Of a stretch of DNA of 36,113 nucleotides, positions 24,870-35,348 are shown piece after piece. The translations under genes and the position numbers were made by a program. This DNA comes from Octopus sinensis (lineage: Eukaryota), in assembly GCF_006345805.1 (NCBI RefSeq), contig NW_021824708.1:1-36113 (forward strand). Reading direction: 5' to 3'. Within the stretch, counting starts at the first letter, position 1. Every line of letters begins with the position of its first letter. Below the pieces are notes generated by a model that saw nothing but the letters and a program-made list of their open reading frames with translations, made no database searches and was not told the origin of the DNA.

Positions 24870-25562
24870 AGATTATTTTCCAGCATCCATTTTCAACCTT
24901 ATGCACATTTTTGAACCTCCATCTGTGTAGGAAATGAACCATGACTCGGAAAAGGTGGTCATCTGATGGTGTAAGGTCTGAACTGTAGGAAGGTGAAGTA
25001 GAACCTCCAGACCCTGAAGTTAATCAAGTTTGCACTTGGTCATATTTGTTGCATACGTTGGAAGATTGTAATGCTGTAGGAGTGCGTATCTTTGATTGAC
25101 CAATGCCAGACGTTCAAAGCATCATATACTCGCTGCATTTGTTGAGCATAAATGTGTACATTCGCAGCATGACCACCCCAAAATACATCTCTCGAAATTC
25201 CACCAAACATACAGCATGACCTGTTCAAATCACCTTTGTTTGACGACCGGTTCTGAAGTCTGGCCAGAACGAAGGCAGTTATTTCTCTTAAGATTACGAA
25301 AATAGATACATTTTTCATTCCCAATTACAATTCGACGCCAAAAACAGGCAGCTAGAGATTTTGACGGCAGTTCTTTACAAATGTTCACACGTCGTTGAGC
25401 TTGGTCAGTTGAGATTGATCAGTTCAAGAGGAACTTCTCGACAGCGTCTATTCACAAGGCCGAACTTAGGAAGATGTCGGTTGATGGTGTTTTGTGAAGG
25501 ACCAAAGTCTACCGACAATTTACGAGTGATTGTGTTTGGCTGTTGTTCAACTAATTTAAGCA
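24870..25562 (-). mobile_element. Mariner (Mos1-like, DD34D-type) transposase relic
   Basis: LVEQQPNTITRKLSVDFGPSQNTINRHL...REVPLEL (WVPHEL-like), WWNFE, YAQQMQRVY, ALLQHYN, then a frameshifted EVL.HP.YSPDL.PSD.HLFR-like segment. Confidence 0.8.
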
Positions 25563-25710
25563 AGACTATTAAAAATGTTGGAAGACGCAACGAAAATGTC
25601 AGGAAAATAAAAATAAGTGGAAATTATATCGGTGAGTGTGTTACATTATAAGGCACAAAAAGAAAATTACTCTCCCCAGACACAACAGAATATTTTAAGC
25701 AAGATATCAT
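25562..25710 (+). mobile_element. Second copy of the repeat at 10-215, between the mariner pieces
   Basis: Sequence similarity to 34-170. Confidence 0.6.
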
Positions 25711-25719
25711 CTTTCACAT

Positions 25720-25918
25720 AGTTGATAGAACTTGGTCCTTCACAAAGCAAGACATTATCTTCCAGCCAAATGTATAAGCGTGGAATTGAGCTTCTGGCAC
25801 AACGATGGAAACAGACAATAGAATATGATGTATTTTGATGAATAAACGTTTTTCCTATGTAATTTGAAGTATTAATCAAAGCCTGTAACATCGAAACACT
25901 TTTGACTCAACCTGGTAT
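25720..25918 (+). mobile_element. Mariner 3' end (internally deleted) with probable terminal inverted repeat
   Basis: YKRGIELLAQRWKQTIEYD..YFDE*-like C-terminus, then cgaaacacttttgactcaacctgg|TA. Confidence 0.7.
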
Positions 25919-26251
25919 GCTTCTATTTGTGAATGTTGCAGTATCCTTCTAAGAGAAGGACACTGATATAATACCAGCGGATTAATGGTTATCTCACTTC
26001 GGCTTGTCACTAAGTACTAATTACGGAAGCTCAGAGAGAGAGAGTTACTTGTGTTGTACAAGAGTTTACCACTATAATCCAATGACGTACAAATGTTTTT
26101 TTACGGTGACCTCATTTGTCATTCTATCTGCTGAAAGTCCTAAGGCAATGGATGAGTGGTAACGTGTTCAGACCTGTTAGGAAATTCATAGTAAGTTACA
26201 AATTTCGTCTGTCACCTATGCTTGAAACCCTGTAGATCTGCAACAAGACTG

Positions 26252-26629
26252 AATAGTCATGGGAGAGGTCATGGACGGAAAGTCAGAAATGCCACTGACA
26301 ACAAGAAAGTACAAGGAGACGGCAATCATTTGTGAGGATGGAGCAGTCGCTATGTTGATAGGGAAATGCACTTTGCATACACAATTGGAAGAAAGACATA
26401 GAACGGAAAAGCGAAAATAAAATACATAGAATAGACGAAAATAGTCATGGGAGAGGTCATGGACGGAAAGTCAGAAATGTCACTGACAACAAGAAAGTAC
26501 AAGGAGACGGCAATCATTTGTGAGGATGGAGCAGTCGCTATGTTGATAGGGAAAGGCACTTTGCATACACAATTGGAAGAAAAACATAGAACGGAAAAGC
26601 GAAAATAAAATATATAGAATAGAACGAAA
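26252..26629 (+). repeat. 188-bp tandem duplication covering a decayed piggyBac-like C-terminal Cys-rich domain
   Basis: Units start at 26252 and 26440 with few differences. Translation RKYKETAIICEDGAVAMLIGKCTLHT resembles the R.ET...C..C.V.LC...CF..YHT motif (inference). Confidence 0.7.
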
Positions 26630-27216
26630 ACCTCATCAGCTATCGACTGGGTGTCATAACAATTTCTATACTTTTCGATAAAACTGCTTGATCCAGCGGA
26701 GTCAATATATTCTTTTAAAGCTTCTAAGGAAACGACAAGTAGAGGAAAAGATAAGGGGAAAACGAGTGTAAAAAAACTACAATTTAAAATAATATAGATA
26801 AAAAAATATACTGTCTTTCGTCGTAAAATAAATCAATACACATATGTGTGTGCGCGTGTATGTGTGTATGTGTGAGTGTGTGTTATGTGTTTGTCTGTGA
26901 GAGTGTATGTATGTGTAGTTATTTACCTGCATATGTAATTACTTATGTATGTGTATGTTGATACATTTTCCAATATCTGTGTATCTATATACCTGCGTGT
27001 CTTTCTCTCATCTGTGTGTGTGTGTGTGTGTGCATTTCTCTCTGTACTTGTGGATGTGCGCCTGAATGTCAGCATATGTAAATATATGTACATAATTTTA
27101 TATGTTACGCAAAAACTTTAAACTTAATGAAATTTTATATTATATTTTATTTTCAAGTTCATTTGCAAAAGTCTTCTATAACTTTTGCAGTAAAAAATAT
27201 ATTCTGTATTGAGAAA

Positions 27217-27258
<42 letters not shown>

Positions 27259-27399
27259 AACTGTACCAAGGACTGCCACTCTAGAATTGGACTGTTCAGT
27301 CACAGCAGACGCTGCACATCATCAAAGTAGGCCCCACCCTTGGCGCAACCCATTGTCTATCAAGACTGACGGGGATATATATATATATATTTATTTATA

Positions 27400-27592
27400 G
27401 GATGCCATGATAGATCGTTAGTTCCTACACGCATTTTTTCTGTCCTTGTTTTTTTCTGTGTATCTTTCTGTCGAAGAGCGTAGGCTCGAAACGTAAAAGA
27501 CTTTTTCTATCCCTGAGCGCCATACTAATACATTTGTTTGTTTGTACTCTACCTGCTTTCGTCCTTTGTTTATTTTCGTAAACTTTCCCTTT
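27400..27592 (+). mobile_element. (TA)n-embedded short element (putative Penelope-like terminal repeat) with hammerhead-like motif
   Basis: Homologue of 6718-6840. Motif tcttt-ctgtcgaa-gagc-gtag-gctc-gaaa-cg-ta-aaaga at 27463-27500. Confidence 0.6.
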
Positions 27593-27820
27593 ATATACAT
27601 ATATATATGTTCGTGTGTGTGTGTGTAAATATGAATATTTGGTCGTCTGCTTATTGAAATTTCCATTGATTTCAATATGGGACAAAATGTGTGGTTCACG
27701 ATGTTAGTAACCTTATTTAATCATACATTGTCCACCTTTTGCTATCTAAACCAGATGCATTATGCTCGACGATTATTACATCCCTGCACTCGGATCCCGG
27801 ATCGTACTTACTTATATATA

Positions 27821-28308
27821 CAGTAATCCCTCGATTATCGCACGTGTTACTTTCCCAAACCCCCCGCTATAGGTGAATATCCGCGAAGTAAAAACAGTAC
27901 TGTATTGTATATTTTTAAAATTATTTTTATAATTTATATATATTCCGGAGATGTACTTGCATAGCAAGTGATTTGATCTGAGATCGTGTGCTGAAACGAA
28001 AACAATTGCAGCGTGGAAGGTGTTTGTAAGCCATTTAAGAAACACACAAAAGCCGTACGATTCACTTGAACATTTAAGTTTAATTTGTCAAAATATTTTC
28101 GTCGCTAAAATCCGCGACCTGTTCATTGACAAAAATCCGTGCTGCATCTCGGATTTTTGTCAGTGAATCGAACGGCTTTTGTGTGTTTCTTAAATGGCTT
28201 AGAAACACCTTCCACGCTGCAATTGTTTTGTATATATTCATTTTATTATAAATGCGAAACAGCACCACGGAAGAATCGATGTAAGCTTAAATAATGAACC
28301 GCGATAGA
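27821..28308 (+). mobile_element. pogo/Tigger-like MITE relic with nested fold-back insert
   Basis: TA|cagtaatccctcgattatcgc terminus. Resumes after 28230 and ends near aatgaaccgcgatag. Right terminal repeat missing. Confidence 0.55.
27946..28230. repeat. Nested inverted-repeat element
   Basis: Arms about 27999-28066 and 28162-28229. Inner hairpin ttcattgacaaaaatccg / cggatttttgtcagtgaa. Confidence 0.85.
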
Positions 28309-28475
28309 TTAAATATCATTATGATATATGTTAAATACAGTTGTTGTACAGTTATCATACTATGAGCCTTCCATAGTAACTTTCTCTCCGTAACTCGCAA
28401 AGCCTTTCGGGTTTGTTTATAAAAATATTATTTATGTAGTATTCAGACAGTTTAAGTATATATTAACTAAATTTG

Positions 28476-28777
28476 GTGGAGCGCAATGGCCCAGTAGGAC
28501 GATCGCGGTTTCGATTCCCAAACCGGGCGTTGTGTGTGTTTATTGAGCGAAAACACCTAAAGCTCCACGAGGCTTCGGCAGGGGGTTGTGGCGACCCTTG
28601 TTGTACTCTTTCACCCCAACTTTCTCTCACTCTTTCTTCCTGTTTCTTGGGTAACGCTGCGATGGACTGGCATCCCGTCCAGCTGGGGGTGGGGAACACA
28701 TGCGCCACTGAAACCGGAAAACCGGGCCCATGAGCCTGGCTAGGCTTGAAAATGGCGCAAAAAAGAAAAAACAAACA
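28476..28777 (+). mobile_element. SINE family B (alternative tail) with 11-bp target-site duplication
   Basis: aactaaatttg at 28465-28475 and 28778-28788. Confidence 0.88.
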
Positions 28778-28978
28778 AACTAAATTTGACTGAAATTGAT
28801 GGTTGAGCGTTTGGCCAATCAGATTCGCAAGGAGCCATGACAGCTACGATTTGTGGGTTCGATTGAGCCTGAGGTTAGCTCATCATTTTCCGGTCATTTG
28901 TTTATATTTAAACAAATGTCACTTTCAAATCGGAGATTAAATATCATTATGATATATATTATATACAGTTATTATACA

Positions 28979-29018
<40 letters not shown>

Positions 29019-29299
29019 GCACAGAGGAGTGAGTCACCAAACGAAAGTAAAGTTACACTCAACACATTTGCTTTGTGTTATATATGTTATTTAATGTCAG
29101 TTTGATTGGGCGCCATGCAACTTAACGAAGCCCGAAAAGTTAGACTCATGTTACGAGCCCACCAGACTTTAAGACACATGGATCTGAATCAATTTCATTT
29201 TTCTAACCACTAGGTCACGTGGACTTAAATAAATCAAGACCGAATGCCAAGCGGTGGTGAGGAGACAAACACAAACACAAAATACACACACACACATGG

Positions 29300-31200
29300 T
29301 CATCTGGAACTTCAATCTCAATTTAACTGGTCCGTCTGCTGAGCTTTCTACATGGGCGACATGGGCCTGCTTCTCTAGGTGCCGATCTACTGGCTTTTCT
29401 TGGTTGATGTTTTTTGCTCCTGTTATCGCTTCGTATTTCCCCAGAACAGTTCAGATCAAGTCAATGTGCCTGGTGTCCGAAATTATGACGGTGACATCAG
29501 AGTATGTTGACACAGTACCTCCATGTCCTAGTTCGCGCAGCTTGCACCTCAATGGCACCTATTTCTGCAGCAGTCGCTCAAGAGTTTGTGGATATAAGAG
29601 AGACGAGGCGGGAAGGCAGCTTTGATGGACCGAGCGTATGATATTGTGTAGTTCTTATAGGTAACGATTAACCCGAACCATCGAACAGATCTCGCTGTAT
29701 ATTGCAGCAACCTAGCCGAGTAACATAGTAACGAAACCGGTCGCATAAGAACTGCCGGCATGTATTGGTGATCGACCTGAGAGAAAGTATTTCATTGATT
29801 CCATTTTATTGGAGCCCCACTAATGCCAGGTTCTTTATCACCGTAAGGTGAAGATTGCCGTGGATATATCTGTTTGGGATGGCGCAAGATTGTGCATTAC
29901 AAAACAATCGACAAGCGTCAATCTCTTGACTAACTCTTTGGCCAAAATTTTTAAATCTACATTTAGTAGGAGTTATGGCCTTAAAACTATCGATGTGAAT
30001 TTTTTTGTTTTGGCCCTTTCCCTGCAGTGTTACCGTTCCTTTACTCACAAAGCTGGGAATTCTTCCCTTCTTCTACAGATGCAGTAGATGTCTGCCAAGA
30101 AGCTGCCAAACAAGTCTGGCATATAAAAGTAAAGCTCGTAGAGTAGACTAGGCGATTTATTCTCTGTGCAGCCAATATTTGCCTCCCGTATTTCTGCGGC
30201 TGATATCAGCTTTTCACAACACTTCGACTCCCTTTCTGAGAATCGCAGCGTGCCGTCGATATGGGCATAGACCTTCATCTGGCCTTCCGGTCTTCCCAAA
30301 CAGTCTAGCGAAATTATTGTTGAAATGCGCCTCTTTCCCTCATCTAAAGACAAAATCTGGGCTTTGTTGCCGCGATGCACCTCCGCTACTCGGATCCACC
30401 AGCATATTTGGTTCCGTCATGTTATAGAGCTCGTGCCCTAGCTCTGACGCTCGCCGCCGGAGGACATCATCGTCTTCGGGCTGCCGATTCCGCTTCTTCC
30501 TCTCGGCCGCTCGGCGGTGGCTTGCCGCCGCCGCCGGGCTCGCTTCGTTTTCTCGTCGTCTCGATGATACCTGGTTGATCCTGCCAGTAGTCATTTCGCT
30601 CTGGGCCCGTCGGTTTCATAACCTTTCCTAAACGCCTCTTCTAAGTTTCTAAGTTTCCCTCTATTCCAATTTTTACTATCGCTACATCTAAACAAAACCT
30701 TATTGATTCTACTCAAATTGCCCATTTCAGGTCAAACTACACTTTGTTGTTCATGTTTGACCCTGTAAACTCCTGCTTATCCAATTCCCTAATGCGGACT
30801 CTGTAAGTTTAGTGCTCTGGAAGCGAGGCTTTCACCTTACAGTAACCCAAACCCTGCTAACAAGCCTATCTAATTTGATCGTACAGATTTGAAATGTGTA
30901 GTCTGTGTTGCTGAACATTTCGAATTGGAAACCATCTTATCTACTGTCCTACCAGAAACTCTAGATACGAACTAGATGACCCGATGCGATTTGTCTTCAA
31001 TCATATTGGCACATTCAGGAAATCGAGTCGTTGGAAGCGTCTGAAGAGGCTTGACAGGTGCTCTTGCACTCCACTCTTATCACCTCGTCCAACACAATCC
31101 AAGCATGCATCCAAGATGACGTTCCACTCGCTCACTAGGAATACTACTGTCCCGCCCTTATCGAGGCGTAAAGAGCTACTGGTGTGGAGGCCCCTTTTCT
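29300..31200 (-). mobile_element. Decayed Tx1/L1-clade LINE ORF2 (AP endonuclease plus reverse transcriptase)
   Basis: Endonuclease: VALYA, LVSEWNVILD, RLDFLNVP..TNRIGSSSSYL. Linker: EEAFRKG, VRARARAL, RGNKAQILSL. RT: SAAEIREA..NKSP..YELY, KGTVTL, AQSCAIPNRYIHGNLHL, RSVHQSC, VSTYSDVTVI (YADD decayed), KYEAITGAK.IN.EK. Many stops and frameshifts. Confidence 0.85.
30568..30594 (+). rRNA. Fragment: first 27 nt of eukaryotic 18S rRNA (not a gene), preceded by probable 5'ETS from about 30449
   Basis: TACCTGGTTGATCCTGCCAGTAGTCAT equals the conserved 18S 5' terminus. It diverges immediately after (ttcgct instead of atgctt). Confidence 0.88.
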
Positions 31201-31756
31201 AAGTAGACGGTCCGTATCTTGAGATACATAACCACCCGAAACATAGTCGAAGCTCCGCCTTCTATTTCCTGGGTGAAATGGAAATAAGTAAATCTCACAT
31301 CGAGACTCATGGATCGGAGACTCTGGTCTCGCAGATGGACAATCAAATCTATATTTAGTGTCGTTCTCAGCTGACCGCTGGGTATGTGCACTAACGCTGC
31401 CTATTCTGGACACAACCATGTTTGATAAGAGGAACGAAGAATGCATACCTGCGTACATACATATACATGTGTGTGTGTGTGTGTGTGTGTGTTATGCTTT
31501 TCTGTTGAATAACGTCTTGTTTGTGGACGCAAAACTACGCAGAGTTGCACACACGCCTTACCTCTCTCTCTCTCTCTATCTATCTATCTCTCTGTCTGTC
31601 TGTCTGTCTGTCTGTCTCTGTCTCTCTCTCCATCTCTCTCCTCTCTATATATATATATATATATATTTTGCTCGTAATCTACGCAAAACATTGCGCAGAC
31701 ATCTTATATAATGCATAAAATATCGGATTTTAAATTATATCAAAATAAACAAATAG

Positions 31757-31795
<39 letters not shown>

Positions 31796-33019
31796 CATGT
31801 GTGTGCGTGTATACACACACACATATATACATACATGGACGCATACACGAATTATATGCTATACATTTCAATCTTTATTATCGTCGTCCATGCTTGTATT
31901 GTTGGTTTTCTTCGTTTAAAACATCGATAGTATTATGTGTCGCAATCTTATTCTATTTCTATAGCAACACCATTGCCAATGAATGAGCCATTGCTTTCTT
32001 CCTCTCCCTCTATATGTATATATATATATATTTTTTTTGTTTTTGAATTAAAAAAAAATAGTTATGGATGAAAAGACATATCTCCAAAGTCTTCAGTCGT
32101 AAAATATTGCTTCTTTTTCCGCTTAATTGACTCAGTAGATTAGAAAGGAAAAAAAAAAAAGAAACAAAAACAAAAAACAAAAAACAACAAAATCCAAGAG
32201 CCAATAATCAAAAACCAAAAACCAGTTCTTGCTATTAGAATTTCCTTATTGGAAACTTTGTTTCTCCTCATTTTCTTTTTTATTCACTGACACACTGTTG
32301 CGCATGTCTCTCCCCCTCCCTCCATCCCTCCTCCACCCTCTCCTCTCTCTCCACATATATATAAACGTGTGTGTATGTAATGTATTAATGTATAATATAT
32401 ATATATAGTATATACTATATATATATAATATATAAATGTATATATGTTTATATATGTATAGATATATATATATATACCGGAGTAACACATAAATGTGAAA
32501 CAAGGTTTGAGTATATATATAGATATATATATTATATATATTACACACACACACACATACACACACACACACATACACACACACACATTCACACACATAT
32601 ATATATACGTGTGTCTCTGTGTGTGGACGTATGCATGTATGTACTTCGTATTTTACCGTTTATTCTTAAGTTTCTTCTTAATGGCTTTCGAATCACACTC
32701 ATCCAAAATTTTGTTCAAGAATGAATGATATCTCGCTTTACTAAACACGCCTTTTCCTTCTTTCTTCTAAACCCGCCTTTGTCAATCGATCAGATCGGTT
32801 TCTGTGGTATTCGATGCTCTAACACGTTGCAGTACAAGTTGTTCCACACACATATATATATACATGTATCTATGTGTGTTGTGTGTGTGTTTGTATTTGG
32901 TTATGTTATAATCATTCATTTTCTTCAAACGCCTCCACAGCCGATCTGCAGATTGCAGACTCAAACGCTATTTATTATTAAACTAGTATTTGAATATATA
33001 CTATTTTACTCTTTTACTC

Positions 33020-33209
33020 TGTTACTCTTTTACACGTTTCAGTCATTTGACTGCGGCCATGTTGGAGCACCACTTTTAGTCGAGCAAATCGACCTCCAGG
33101 ACTTTTCTTTGTAAGCCCAGTACTTATTCTATCGTTTCTTTTGCCGAACCGCTAAGTTTACGGACGTAAACACACCACAGCAACACACCACACAAACACA
33201 CATACGCAC

Positions 33210-33269
<60 letters not shown>

Positions 33270-33415
33270 TACGTCAGGCTTCTTTCAGTTTCCGTCTACC
33301 AAATCCACTCACAAGGCATTGGTCGGCCCAGGGCTATAGCAGAAGGACACTTGCCCAAGATGCCACGCTGGACTGAACCCGGAACATGTGGTTGGTTAGC
33401 AAGCTACTTACCACA
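33020..33415 (-). mobile_element. SINE family A
   Basis: Reverse complement of 22777-23178 with small deletions. Confidence 0.85.
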
Positions 33416-33495
33416 CACACACACACACACACCACACACCACCACACACCCACACACACACGCACACACACACATTATATATATAGTAAGCAATA

Positions 33496-33568
33496 AAGGG
33501 TTTAGCAACGAATTGCCTCACCACACACCGAATTTAGAAATGGTGAGGCAATTCGTTGCTAAACCCTT
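33496..33568. repeat. Perfect 28-bp hairpin with 17-nt loop
   Basis: aagggtttagcaacgaattgcctcacca (33496-33523) / tggtgaggcaattcgttgctaaaccctt (33541-33568). Confidence 0.92.
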
Positions 33569-34044
33569 AATGCTTTATATTACTTAAACTTTCCTCGAAT
33601 GAGGCTTTTACATGCCGAAATCTACTTGGTGTAATTAATGATTATTCCAATAATTAATTTCACCCTATATTGTTACTGATATATATATATATATATATAT
33701 ACACAACGCTATAAAATTCTTTTCTTTCTAGACGTTATGAAATATTCCTGCTCCGTGCTGCCGAGTAATATTTCGCTCCTCCCTCTTCTCCCTCTCCCTC
33801 TTTCCTATCAGCGATATTAATGCCCAGGTTTACTTTGTGGGAGTAAATGGAACCCCCCCCCAAAAAAAAAAACAAAGCACTCATCATCAGCAACATTAGC
33901 ACAACTTACATGTCTGAGTGCTTGGTGGTTCATAATCGGTTATCAGTACTTCATACTGTCTGTTGCTAAGATATTTAACTATCAAAAGATCTCAGTATAT
34001 ACCACCTCACGGTTAAACGATGTTGATTATGATGATGATGATAA

Positions 34045-34170
34045 TTCTTTCTACTATAGATACAGGGCTCGACTGGTACTTATTTTTACCGATCCCGAAT
34101 GGATGAAAGGCAAAGTCGACCTAAGCAGTTCGCCCGGCGTGCTAACGTTTCTGCCAGTTCACCGCCTTAG
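34045..34170 (-). mobile_element. SINE family C, deleted fragment
   Basis: actggtacttattttt..gatcccgaa.ggatgaaaggcaaagtcgacct...gctaacgtttctgccag. Confidence 0.8.
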
Positions 34171-34483
34171 ATATACTAATAGTAATAGTAATTTCTAGTT
34201 TAGGTACTTGGTAATTTTAAGAGAAGGTGTTAGTTAATTTAATCGGCTCCCTGTATTTTTATTGATCACGGAAGAAAGAAAATTGAATTCGATGAGATTT
34301 GAACTTAGAATGTGAAGAAATACGGTAAAAACACAATTTTTTCTGTTACTTTAGCGAGTTTTTCCATCAGCAGTCAGAGTTGTTGTTGTTCAACGAAAAT
34401 TCAACAACCATGTTGGATTGAAGTAAGTTTTGGGATATACACCAGCATGAAATCACATTCCTATTATTTGTACAACAAATATT

Positions 34484-34933
34484 GATTTCAAATTTTTGGA
34501 TAGGACCAACAATTTGGTGTGGGGAGGGCCTAAGTCAATTACATCGATCCAAATGTTCAACTGGTACCTATTTTATCGACTTCAAAAGGATGAAAGACCA
34601 AGTCAACCTCGGCAGAATTTGAACCAAGAATGTTATGACGGACGAGATGCTGCCAAGCATTTCGCCCTCCGTACAATCGTTTCTGCCAGCTCGCCGCTTT
34701 AACTATCACATCAAATATTGGTTTCGAATTTTGGCACAGCATCAACAATTTCAGGAAGGGCGTAAGTCGATTAGATCGACTCCAGTACTCAACCGGTACT
34801 TATTTTATCGACCCGGTAAGGATGAAAGGCAAAGTCGACCTCGGCGGAATTTGAAATCAAAACGTAAAGACAGACAAAATACCGCTGAGCATTTCGCTCT
34901 GCGTGTTAACGGTTCTGCCAGCTTGCCGCTTTA
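34484..34933 (-). mobile_element. Two tandem SINE family C copies
   Basis: About 34484-34701 and 34715-34933, each ending tctgccagct.gccgctttaa. Confidence 0.85.
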
Positions 34934-34959
34934 ACAGGTACAACAAACATTGCCATATT

Positions 34960-35165
34960 ATATCATTACATTATATCCTTACATATATCCTTACTTTATA
35001 TCCTTACATACATCCTTACATTACATTACATTATATCCTTACATTATATCCTTACATTACATTATATCCTTACATTATATCCTTACATTATATCCTTACA
35101 TTATATCCTTACATCATATCCTTACATTATATCCTTACATATATCCTTACATTACGATATTACAT
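34960..35165. repeat. 13-bp minisatellite (acattatatcctt)n
   Basis: Direct inspection. Confidence 0.92.
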
Positions 35166-35348
35166 CATTAAATTACAATTGCACGTTATTGTATTATAAT
35201 ATTGCAGCCTTATTTGTCTAAAATACTGCGTTATGAGTTACATATCCGATATTTAGTGTAGAAACGTAACTCCATGTTATGATCTAGTCTAGTATGGTGA
35301 CCGCCCCTGCGGACACCACCAAAATCTACGGATGTACAGAAATAGATC

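Noticed and set aside
30340-30594. 84-aa ORF MTTGRINQV...
   Set aside because: It is the antisense reading of the 18S 5' end and GC-rich spacer, and continues out of frame with the LINE. Not evidence of a gene.
30568-30594. Functional 18S rRNA gene or rDNA array
   Set aside because: Only 27 nt match, and LINE sequence resumes immediately.
139-35199. Numerous YIYI/THTH/CVCV/LSIY/poly-N/S/A/L ORFs
   Set aside because: Translations of microsatellites, minisatellites and SINEs.
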